IMG/VR virus record: IMGVR_UViG_3300028837_001657
Coordinates: 1 to 53,105 of that record
Origin: a virus
Taxonomy: Duplodnaviria; Caudoviricetes
DNA: 53,105 bases
Reading direction: 5' to 3' (one strand)
Under the pieces are notes generated by a model. The model saw only the letters and a list, made by a program, of their open reading frames with translations. It was not told the DNA's origin and ran no database searches. Shown piece after piece: positions 26,979 through 35,138 of the stretch. Made by a program: the position numbers and the translations under genes. Position 1 is the stretch's first letter, and each line of letters begins with the position of its first letter.

Positions 26979-29399
26979 ATGACTACGTATTACGTGGCAA
27001 CAACAGGTGACGATGGGGACCCTGGGACTGAAAGTGAGCCCTGGGCGACACCGCAACATGCTGCGGACACGGCGAGAGATGGCGACATCGTGATCTTCAA
27101 GGACGGGACATGGAACCTCACGGCGCAGATAGACTATGACCAAAATTCAGGGTCTTCAGGGAACGAAATCACGTTCCGGGCGCAAAACTCCAGGCTTGCG
27201 ATTTGGAAGCGGGCCTGGAACGGCTCGGCCGTGGTGTACGTGAACCAGGAAGACTACATCACGTTCAATGGCATCGTGATAGACGGCGATTATGCGGTTG
27301 GCGGACGAACGGGGAGTTGGGCATTCAGGCTGGGCAATGCTGATCACATCACGATTATTGATTGCGGGATCAAGAACATTCAAGGCTGGGGCGTGCATGC
27401 AGTGAACGGCTGCGCTGACCTGACCATCGAGGACACTGACATCAACTTAGGGTTTTATGGAGCGGGCAATACCTATGACGCGATCTACCTAGATGACTCA
27501 GACAATCCTAACCTGATCATCAGGAATGTGACTGCACAATATACAGATCATGCAGGCTTCAACATTGCTCGTGCCGCTAATTTCTTGATCGAGGATTGCA
27601 CTGTACACGACACGCACAGCCACGGGATTCAGTTCGGGGATCCCACCGAAAGCGCTCCCGCCGGATCTATCTCCGGCACGGCACAGCGAAATAAAGTATC
27701 CAACGTCGAGAGATTCCATCCGGAGCCCCAGTCCCACAATGCTTTTTTTACCTGGGCGGATTCCGTGGGCGATGTTACAATTCAGCTAAACGAAATCTAT
27801 AACGTCGACTGCTCTGGCGTCCACATCAGGGCCGACGTGACAGGACCTGTCAAAATATACAACAACTCGATATACAATCACAACGAGAATGAAGGAGAAG
27901 GCGACACCTCGTCTGGAATCCACATCTGGGCTCCGGGCAGCGAATCCCCAACCATTGAGGTCAAGAACAACATCATCTACAACGTATTCGATGGGGGGCG
28001 CACCGTGACGGTCACGGGCACCAACATCGAGGACAACCTGGACATGGATTATAACCTCTACTATGCTCCTTACAGCAACGGGGAGGAGATCAAACGGGGA
28101 GGGGCCACATATTCCAGTTACACAGCGTATCAAACCGCCGGCTATGAGCCAAACACGGAGGTTGGCAGTGATCCCTTGTTCAACGATGCACCTGCCGGGG
28201 ACTTTACGCTTGAAGGAGGCAGCCCCGCGATAGATGCGGGCACGGACGTCGGCCTGCCATACTTTGGGAGCGCTCCCGACATAGGTGCGCATGAGTTCGG
28301 CACTGCGGTCGTAGACGGGAGCGTCACACTCGCTGGCAGCTTGGCACTTGCCTTGAGCACAACGAAGGCAGGTACGTTAAGCTTTGCCGGTGTAGTGACG
28401 GCAGATTTGCTCGGACCTCTGTTCGAGGTGAAGGTCAAAGACCCACCGACCGGTCACGCTGCCTTGTTCGCCACCGGCGACATCCTCCGGGTGCGTGCGC
28501 TGAGTGGAGCCACGGTGCGGGACAACTGGCTCAAGGTATTCGGCGTCAGCGATCCGGGAAGCGATTACTTCACCTACTCTGCGCGCCTGGAGAGTGGTGC
28601 CGCCGGTGTGTTGCCTCGGGGTTCGGCCATCTTCAACTACGGCCAAAGCGGGGACGGCATCTTGCAACTGGTCGGGAAAGAGACCAACGGACCCCACTTG
28701 CTGGTCGCTACCCACGCGGGCGAGCCGTGGACCACAATCACCCGCCACGCGCAAATCGGGAACCTCAATGGGATTTTAGGGCTCAGTGCGGACGAATGGG
28801 GCATCGCTGCCGGGGAGGATCTAAGCTCTACCAGCGTGCCCTACATCCTCGTCACGAACGCTACCGCAAAGGCTTTTCTCAATGATGTCCGGGCGGCGAC
28901 AGGAATGACCATCGGCAGCCTGACATTGGGGGCGAGCGTGGGAGAGCTGCTGTTCGCCGGTACAGGAGACCTGCAGTTGCGCTTCTTCCAGGATGCAGCC
29001 AACCGCTGGACGATGGGTGTAGACGACTCCGACTCTAACGCCTTCAAGATTTGCCAAGGCAACGTGTTAGGTGGATCATTTCAACGGCTGATGTTCACGA
29101 CAGACGGTCAGGCGGGGATGAGCATTGCGGACGGAGATCAGCCGCAAGCCTGGCTGCACATCATACAACACGAGGCCGCGGCGGCGGTAGCCGTGCTGCG
29201 TCTTGAGCAAGATGACTTAGACAATCCGATGATTGACTTCATCGGCGACGTGCAAGATGGAGGATTTGGATACAGCCTGGTAGACGAGAACGATGTCACT
29301 ACGCCTACTCGCGTCGTGTGGGTCCGATGTTACATGGAAGACCGCCAAGACGTGGTCACGGACGGCGTGCTATGGATGCCGCTGTACTCACTCGCGTAG
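26979..29399 (+). CDS. Tail spike/receptor-binding protein: right-handed beta-helix (depolymerase-like) fused to a fibre C-terminal part
   Basis: YYVATTGDD.DPGT..EPW.T start, Asn-ladder repeats (IYNNSIYN, VKNNIIYN, DYNLYY), DPLF...GDFTL..GSPAIDAG...PDIGA.E cap; then a fibre-type region (GNLNG, W.MGVD.SD.N.FKI). Confidence 0.75.
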   Translation: MTTYYVATTGDDGDPGTESEPWATPQHAADTARDGDIVIFKDGTWNLTAQIDYDQNSGSSGNEITFRAQNSRLAIWKRAWNGSAVVYVNQEDYITFNGIVIDGDYAVGGRTGSWAFRLGNADHITIIDCGIKNIQGWGVHAVNGCADLTIEDTDINLGFYGAGNTYDAIYLDDSDNPNLIIRNVTAQYTDHAGFNIARAANFLIEDCTVHDTHSHGIQFGDPTESAPAGSISGTAQRNKVSNVERFHPEPQSHNAFFTWADSVGDVTIQLNEIYNVDCSGVHIRADVTGPVKIYNNSIYNHNENEGEGDTSSGIHIWAPGSESPTIEVKNNIIYNVFDGGRTVTVTGTNIEDNLDMDYNLYYAPYSNGEEIKRGGATYSSYTAYQTAGYEPNTEVGSDPLFNDAPAGDFTLEGGSPAIDAGTDVGLPYFGSAPDIGAHEFGTAVVDGSVTLAGSLALALSTTKAGTLSFAGVVTADLLGPLFEVKVKDPPTGHAALFATGDILRVRALSGATVRDNWLKVFGVSDPGSDYFTYSARLESGAAGVLPRGSAIFNYGQSGDGILQLVGKETNGPHLLVATHAGEPWTTITRHAQIGNLNGILGLSADEWGIAAGEDLSSTSVPYILVTNATAKAFLNDVRAATGMTIGSLTLGASVGELLFAGTGDLQLRFFQDAANRWTMGVDDSDSNAFKICQGNVLGGSFQRLMFTTDGQAGMSIADGDQPQAWLHIIQHEAAAAVAVLRLEQDDLDNPMIDFIGDVQDGGFGYSLVDENDVTTPTRVVWVRCYMEDRQDVVTDGVLWMPLYSLA

Positions 29400-29599
29400 T
29401 GACAGCCGTGCTGCATAGAGCAGCCTATGGGATAGGTGTCCTCGGGGGCACACTGATCGGAACGGGGTTAGCGTTTATTCCGTTTCTTTCTACCCACTTA
29501 GTGATCGGATTGCTACTCACAGTTGCGAGCTACTGCACTTCGGTCATCACTTGTGCAATTGACGTGCCTGAGCGTGAAACAGACAGGAGGATAGCATGA
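29399..29599 (+). CDS. Putative holin (two TM helices)
   Basis: 66 aa, two hydrophobic segments, charged C-terminus, directly before the endolysin. Confidence 0.45.
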   Translation: MTAVLHRAAYGIGVLGGTLIGTGLAFIPFLSTHLVIGLLLTVASYCTSVITCAIDVPERETDRRIA

Positions 29600-32500
29600 G
29601 CACTATAACCGTCGTAGTTAAGCCAAGTGCACCGCAAGTCGGAGGGGCGTTGAGTGTCGTCGCCAAAAGCGCCGATGCCTTGACCAACGTCAAACTCAAT
29701 GTGCACGATCCGACCGGTGCCCTTGTCGGGCGCACGGCCGTCACTGTCGGGCGAGACGGCAGTGATTACATGTGGAGTTGGACAACTGACCCACTTGCCT
29801 TGCAAGGAGACCACGTCGTGGCCGTGACCACCTCGGCAACTAACGCCACAGTGACGGTGATGGTTGGAGATCCACAGGCAACTATCCACAGCAAGCTCGG
29901 CCCGCACATCATCAAAGACGAGCACGCGGGGTACTTGCTGGCTGGCCCGGCAGTAGCAAAGTATGTTGGAGAGTGGGGGAGTGCAGTGCACTACGCACTC
30001 GCTAATACCTTAGTCATTGGGCGTCTCCACAGTGAGGCCTATGATGCACAGTGGCATGTTGCACAAGGCATGTCACCTCAGCAAGCGGCAGAAATGTTCG
30101 TGCCTGATCAACTCGGCACCTACATGTCCAATGAGCACATTCTCTACTGGGAGGGGCACAATGAGCCAATCTGGAACACAGCAGAAGAGATGGCCTGGTA
30201 CGCGGAGTTTGAGATAGCACGCATGCAACTGATGGCAAACATCGGCTTGCGCTGCGTGATCGGTAACTTTGCCACCGGAACACCGGCCTTGTCACTGTGG
30301 CCTGCATTCTTACCGGCGATTGAAGCGGGATTAGAACACAAGGCTATTCTTGGCCTGCATGAGTACAGTTGCCCATGGATGTGGTGGATGACGGGCAGTT
30401 ATCAACTAGATCCGGCAGACGATCAAGGAGACGAGGGGTGGACGACGTTGCGCTACCGAAAGGCTTACAGGCAACATCTGATTCCCGCTGGCCTCGGTCA
30501 TATTCCCTTGGCGATCACAGAGGCCGGGATCGACTCGTTAGTCAGGCCACTTCCGCCTGGAGCACCTGGGGCGGCCTGGAGCGATCTGGGGGATTACTGG
30601 CGAGACCACGACAGAGAACCAGATGCGGCAGATTACTATTTCCAACAGTTGGTGTGGTATGATCAAGAACTGCAAAACGATGAGTATGTAGTAGGTGCGA
30701 CAGTTTTTTGCTTCGGCAACTACGGGGCGCCTTGGTCTGCCTTCGACGTGGCGGGCACAGCAGTTGCCGACAAGCTGACCGCCTATGCACAGGCGTACCC
30801 GGGCAAACCGTTTGTGTATCCTACCGACAAAGTGTCAGGGCGTGGCGATCCTCGCACGCCTTACAAGCGTACTTATGTCCTCTTACCTCCCGGTGCCGAC
30901 AAAGACTGGGCAGTGGCAGCCATCGAGGGCAGTTGGAGACAAGGGCAGACGGTCGGCGGAAGCGCCGACGATGCGGGGATCGGGGACTTGCCCGACAAGA
31001 CCGCCCGCGTCATCAATCCGGCTGAATGGACCAACGGAGACATCGCAAATTTCTACGGGACGCACTACCCGAACACGGGCATCGAGCCTTTAGTGGCGAA
31101 CACGCCTGCAGAACTCAAGGCGGCACTACAAGGCCAAGCGACTGCGGAGTATCCTTGGCACAGGGATGTCACGGCCGCACTGCCACAACGGACTGACTAT
31201 GAGGCATGGTCGGGAACGTCACTAGAAAATGGATGGGGAACGCGCACCCTTGCAGAGATCGACGACATCTGCATCCATCATACGGCAGGACTGGCAGAGG
31301 CCATCGGAGCTGATGTCGGGGCCAGTGATTTCTATAACCTGGTGCACTGGTACGTGTGGAGCAAAACGTGGACATCAGACCTTCACACCTACACCGGCCA
31401 TCCCTCCGGACCTTACAGCATCGTGATCGACACCGTAGGAACCGTGCTTCTGGCAAACGACCTGACGGTAGCGTGCTGGCACAACCAACGTGGGGCAAGC
31501 CTGTCCTTGTCCATTGGTCTTTTGTGTGATGCAGTGAATGGTCTGCCCACGGAGGCCCAACTTGACGCCTTGGCCGGCGTGTGCGTCTGGGCGATCCAAT
31601 CGGATGTACTGCCAACCATTACCTCTATCGACCAGATCACAGGACACCTCGACTGGTTTGCGACAGAGTGCCCCGGCTGGACGGACAGTGCGGGCCACGA
31701 CCGGTGGAAAAGGGCGTTGCTCGAAAAGATCAGTGTGCAACTCGGAGAACCTTTGCCAGGGAATGGACCAACGCCAACTACAGCATCTCCGGTCTTAGGT
31801 ATTCACGACTGGCCGGGCAATGCGGAAGGCGGTTCGGCTATTCGCTGGCTGGCTGATCAAGGTTTGGCGGGTACGGTCTACGTGCCGCTCTACGTGGGCA
31901 CAGGTGTGAGCGGGTTGAACTTGCAAGGCTATGCTGATCAGGGCTTCAAGATTTACTACAACTTGAGATTCTCGTACTCAACTGACAAGGGAGGTGCGGG
32001 GACGTTGCCGCCGGAGAACGAGCTTGACGACTTCGTGGAGGCGTGCCTGGGGACGATGCGCGCCAGCACGGGCATCGCGGGCTACGCCATTGGGAATGAG
32101 TGGAACAACCCGAGGGAATCGCCGAAGAACTTTGACCTCAGCCCGACTTACGTGGCTGCTGTCTACAACGAAATCTGGCGACGGAAGCCGGAGGGCGCCC
32201 GCGTGAGCCTGGGGGCCGTTGATCCGTTCTTCGGGCCGGGGAGTGACTGTGGCTGGTGGTTTGACGAGGTGATGAAACAGGTCGAAGGGATGGACTTCAT
32301 CGACCTGCACGGGTACGTCAGGGGGCCGAACGCCGGCCTGGTGTGGTCAATGGAGATGTTTGGGGATGATCCCTTGCGCTGGCAGTACCTCAACTACTTT
32401 GGCTGCGTCGAGACGATGCTTCGGAGATTACCTGCACGCTTCCACGATCTGCCCGTGATCGTGAGCGAGTTCAACCACTTGTGGAAAACCAGCGAAGAGG

Positions 32501-32700
32501 TTGGGGACCTGGGGTGGGTAGACGACGAAAGGGCGACGGCAGTGCTGCACAATGCTATCGCCCGTGCCTTGGAGTGGAACGAGGCCGGCGGGCATAACCC
32601 GATCGAGGCAGTGATCGCTTACCGCTGGTCAGGCGACGAATGGGCTATAGATGGACGGGGAACCATCAAAGCATACCTGGCCGACCTGCTCCGCGAGTGA
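29596..32700 (+). CDS. Multidomain endolysin: Ig-like + glycoside hydrolase-like barrel + Amidase_2 + second GH-like barrel
   Basis: WEGHNEP/GLHEY/ITEAG; IHHTAG...CWHN...SIGL...PTEAQL..L...ITGH.D..ATECPG (zinc amidase); IGNEWN/DLHGY/VSEFN. Confidence 0.8.
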   Translation: MSTITVVVKPSAPQVGGALSVVAKSADALTNVKLNVHDPTGALVGRTAVTVGRDGSDYMWSWTTDPLALQGDHVVAVTTSATNATVTVMVGDPQATIHSKLGPHIIKDEHAGYLLAGPAVAKYVGEWGSAVHYALANTLVIGRLHSEAYDAQWHVAQGMSPQQAAEMFVPDQLGTYMSNEHILYWEGHNEPIWNTAEEMAWYAEFEIARMQLMANIGLRCVIGNFATGTPALSLWPAFLPAIEAGLEHKAILGLHEYSCPWMWWMTGSYQLDPADDQGDEGWTTLRYRKAYRQHLIPAGLGHIPLAITEAGIDSLVRPLPPGAPGAAWSDLGDYWRDHDREPDAADYYFQQLVWYDQELQNDEYVVGATVFCFGNYGAPWSAFDVAGTAVADKLTAYAQAYPGKPFVYPTDKVSGRGDPRTPYKRTYVLLPPGADKDWAVAAIEGSWRQGQTVGGSADDAGIGDLPDKTARVINPAEWTNGDIANFYGTHYPNTGIEPLVANTPAELKAALQGQATAEYPWHRDVTAALPQRTDYEAWSGTSLENGWGTRTLAEIDDICIHHTAGLAEAIGADVGASDFYNLVHWYVWSKTWTSDLHTYTGHPSGPYSIVIDTVGTVLLANDLTVACWHNQRGASLSLSIGLLCDAVNGLPTEAQLDALAGVCVWAIQSDVLPTITSIDQITGHLDWFATECPGWTDSAGHDRWKRALLEKISVQLGEPLPGNGPTPTTASPVLGIHDWPGNAEGGSAIRWLADQGLAGTVYVPLYVGTGVSGLNLQGYADQGFKIYYNLRFSYSTDKGGAGTLPPENELDDFVEACLGTMRASTGIAGYAIGNEWNNPRESPKNFDLSPTYVAAVYNEIWRRKPEGARVSLGAVDPFFGPGSDCGWWFDEVMKQVEGMDFIDLHGYVRGPNAGLVWSMEMFGDDPLRWQYLNYFGCVETMLRRLPARFHDLPVIVSEFNHLWKTSEEVGDLGWVDDERATAVLHNAIARALEWNEAGGHNPIEAVIAYRWSGDEWAIDGRGTIKAYLADLLRE

Positions 32701-32705
32701 CAAAC

Positions 32706-32738
32706 AAAAAAAAGCCCCCGCCTCGAGGCGAGGGGCTT
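32706..32738 (-). terminator. Intrinsic terminator at the convergence of the two transcription blocks
   Basis: On the - strand, hairpin AGCCCCTCGCC-TCGA-GGCGGGGGCT runs into a T8 tract; lies 40 nt past the RAMP gene stop. Confidence 0.8.
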
Positions 32739-32779
32739 AGTACCGGCAAGTCGGAGTGTTCAGCGAGGAATTGTCGAGG

Positions 32780-33391
32780 TTACCCGTTCTCGTCCCTGGC
32801 AACTTGGAACATGCCCTTGTTGCCACTCTTCTCAGGTCTCCAGTCACCGATGCCCACATGGAACCCAGCGATTTCCAGTAGTCGGGCAATGTCGTCAGCG
32901 GAGATGACTGTGGGGTTGAATAGTACGTCGAACGTGATTGACCATGGGGGCGAGAATTCCGCACGATAACGCAGGTCGGCCACACCACGCCCGATCACGA
33001 CCACGTCTTCGCGCATGTGAGGCTCGCTGTCTTCGATGGGCAACACGCCGCCCAAGACGTAGAACGCTCCGCGTGCGCTGGTCATGGTCATGTCAGGAAC
33101 AAAGCGGCAGGCCCCCACACAGGCGGCCTTGATTCCGTCCGCGATGAATCCCGGCCGACCGTCTTCGGTCATATACATTGAAGCCTTGTACTCTATTTCC
33201 GGAGTGCGTACCGGTCGTCCTACAGTCGTGTCCTTCTTCTGCTGCTTATCCCGTATCCTCTTGATCTTGTCAGGATCAAACCTGTTGCAGAGCAACGGAC
33301 TTAACCCTGTGATCGTGATCGTCATCCGTTCTTTCTGGATCTGCGGGATCATCACTGTCTTTGCTACTGGTGTTCCTTTTGCTTTTGTCAT
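32780..33391 (-). CDS. Stand-alone RAMP/Cas7-like RNA-binding protein (Vipr-like)
   Basis: N-terminal strand ITITGLSPLL, PGFIADGIKAAC (cf. RAMP P.IP.SS.KG), RYRAEF..W, and C-terminal Gly-rich loop GIGDWRPEKSGNKGMF; AGGAG RBS; adjacent to the repeat array. Confidence 0.75.
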   Translation of the reverse strand: MTKAKGTPVAKTVMIPQIQKERMTITITGLSPLLCNRFDPDKIKRIRDKQQKKDTTVGRPVRTPEIEYKASMYMTEDGRPGFIADGIKAACVGACRFVPDMTMTSARGAFYVLGGVLPIEDSEPHMREDVVVIGRGVADLRYRAEFSPPWSITFDVLFNPTVISADDIARLLEIAGFHVGIGDWRPEKSGNKGMFQVARDENG

Positions 33392-33427
33392 GTCTCCTGT
33401 CCGCCTTTCTATAGCTGTGTGTTCTTC

Positions 33428-33911
33428 GCCTTACCTTGCCTAACCCTGCCACACCGCACTGTGCCGGACCCAGCCTTGCCTTGTCACGCCTGGCCCTACC
33501 GAGCCGCGTCTGATAATGACGGTCCGCGCCTTGCCGTGCCTAGACCCGCCCAGCCCTGCCTAACCACGCCGTGCCTCGGCACTGTGTCAGATGAAGGCGG
33601 TCCTCGCCTTGCCAGGTCACGCCTTGCCGTGCCCTGCCCGGCCTAGCGATACCTAGCCGTGTCAGATAATGGCGATCCGCGCCTTGCCTTACCTTACCAG
33701 GCCGCACCATACCATACCCCGCTCTGCCAAGCCACGACAATTCGCCTCGCCTTGCCTCGCCAGGCCTTACCTCACCACGCCCTGCCCGACCCTGCCAAAC
33801 CCTACCCTTCCGTGCAGTGCCATGCCGCGTCAGATGATAGCAGGCCTCACCTTGCCTTGCCTCACCTCGCTGGGCCTAACCGCACCATGCCATGCAATGC
33901 CATGCCGCGTC
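33428..33911 (-). ncRNA. Array of six GGY-NN pentamer units with conserved linkers (candidate guide-RNA array)
   Basis: 5-nt periodicity, RCC-NN on + (NN-GGY on -); units at 33428-33510, 33528-33588, 33606-33663, 33681-33738, 33749-33831 and 33849-33911; four 17-nt linkers plus one 10-nt linker. Confidence 0.85.
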
Positions 33912-34389
33912 AATCTGCAATCATGTCAATCGCTGCGATCACCGCAGCAAATTCTTCGTAGGTGGCATACTTCTTGCGCCAAGCAAGCAATTGCCGATGG
34001 GCATCTTCAAGAACCTGCGCGCGCAAGGCATCTTCATTCATAGCTTTGGCGACGAGGACATAAGCCTTCACAGGCTCATCGTCTGCACGTTTCAAGGTGA
34101 CGTGCTGGAAAGCCCGCACGGTCACGACTTCACTGCAGTCCGCGGCCGTCACCACGACGTGGATTGATCGGAGAATGTAACTGGCTTGCTCAAGCCGCCA
34201 TTTCTCCGCTGCCGTTTCGTCGTCCCACTCAAACCCGTCATGCAATGGAGATCGCTTTGATCGCGCATCTTTGACGACTTGAGCAGGAGTAATGCTGCCG
34301 TCACTGCGCACGATCAGACGCGTGATGCGGTCTCCATACTTTTGTGCTTGTTTTCGCGTTAGTGTCGATCCGTCGGCAGGTATGTACAA
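33910..34389 (-). CDS. Conserved phage protein immediately upstream of the array
   Basis: G.ITP..VV..AR...SPLH..FEWDD..AAEKWRL.QA..I.RSI motif; its TGA overlaps the first base of the array. Confidence 0.75.
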   Translation of the reverse strand: MYIPADGSTLTRKQAQKYGDRITRLIVRSDGSITPAQVVKDARSKRSPLHDGFEWDDETAAEKWRLEQASYILRSIHVVVTAADCSEVVTVRAFQHVTLKRADDEPVKAYVLVAKAMNEDALRAQVLEDAHRQLLAWRKKYATYEEFAAVIAAIDMIAD

Positions 34390-34401
34390 GCATCTCCTTT
34401 G

Positions 34402-34593
34402 TTACTCGACGAAGGCGAGTAACGCTGCTGCGCGCCTTATCAGAAGATCCACAGTTGCCTCCGCCCATTTCTCGAACGTGGGGGGGGGGCTTTCAGTAAG
34501 CTGCTCGCGAAGCTGCTCCGCTTCGTTCGTGGGAACGGTGAGCAACACGCGCCATCTCTTCTTGTTCCATCTGCACTCTTGTAGTGCTTTCAC
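34402..34593 (-). CDS. Hypothetical protein
   Basis: GTGA coupling to the upstream gene; fills the operon gap. Confidence 0.5.
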   Translation of the reverse strand: MKALQECRWNKKRWRVLLTVPTNEAEQLREQLTESPPPTFEKWAEATVDLLIRRAAALLAFVE

Positions 34594-35138
34594 ATCGACA
34601 TGACATAGTACGGTCCATGTACGCCGCTGCTGAATTGTCCCGCGATGTGCAACGCCTCTAGGATACGCTCCTTAGGCGGTAAGTCACACTCGTCGTCCAG
34701 GGCAGCCATCGCCCCGAGAGCATACTCGCGCCCGCATCCAATAGCTGCTAGGCCCCCTCGATCATTGTAGGCTGTGACCTGGAAGTCATCGTGGATGTGG
34801 TACGCCTGGCTGCGATAGCCTGCCAAGAAAAACCCGCCTTCTTCGCGATTGTCCTCAACCTTTGTGAACCCGCCTTCCTTCAAGCACGTGCGGACAGCAG
34901 GGATAAAAGTGGCGACGAGATAGGCATGATCCTTCACGCCGTCTACGTGCTCAGGGATGGTCAAGTCAAACCGGAGCAGTTGCGCCATCCGGATGCTTCC
35001 TGTACAGCCGAGTAAGAAAGGGCCGTTGCGGAATACTTTTGTCGCCGCCATCTGCCGGATGCTCCAACCTGAGAGGACAGCGGAATCGCTACCCATCCAT
35101 ACCTTGCCACTGTCGGGCAGGGCAATGATGCAAGTCAT
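34590..35138 (-). CDS. HslV/proteasome-beta-like Ntn peptidase
   Basis: MTCII...V.MGSDS...KVF...G.TGS.R...AIGCG..YALGAM; Thr2 in the nucleophile position. Confidence 0.8.
   Translation of the reverse strand: MTCIIALPDSGKVWMGSDSAVLSGWSIRQMAATKVFRNGPFLLGCTGSIRMAQLLRFDLTIPEHVDGVKDHAYLVATFIPAVRTCLKEGGFTKVEDNREEGGFFLAGYRSQAYHIHDDFQVTAYNDRGGLAAIGCGREYALGAMAALDDECDLPPKERILEALHIAGQFSSGVHGPYYVMSM

Noticed and set aside
26249-29399. Diversity-generating retroelement acting on the tail fibre
   Set aside because: No reverse transcriptase and no TR/VR pair differing at adenines seen in the window
33428-33911. Canonical CRISPR array or simple microsatellite
   Set aside because: No identical 23-47-nt direct repeats with unique spacers; the dinucleotide diversity and fixed-length linkers do not fit slippage
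33428-33911. Self-targeting of the duplicated element or the CATG palindrome by decoded array units
   Set aside because: By-eye comparison gave at most three consecutive dinucleotide matches; a full computational scan is still needed
33419-34043. ORFs across the array (33419-33646, 33540-33740, 33659-33961, 33669-34043) encoding PCLALP/ARQG-type peptides
   Set aside because: These are by-products of a 5-nt periodic GC-rich repeat; the period is not a multiple of 3 and most are antisense to the operon
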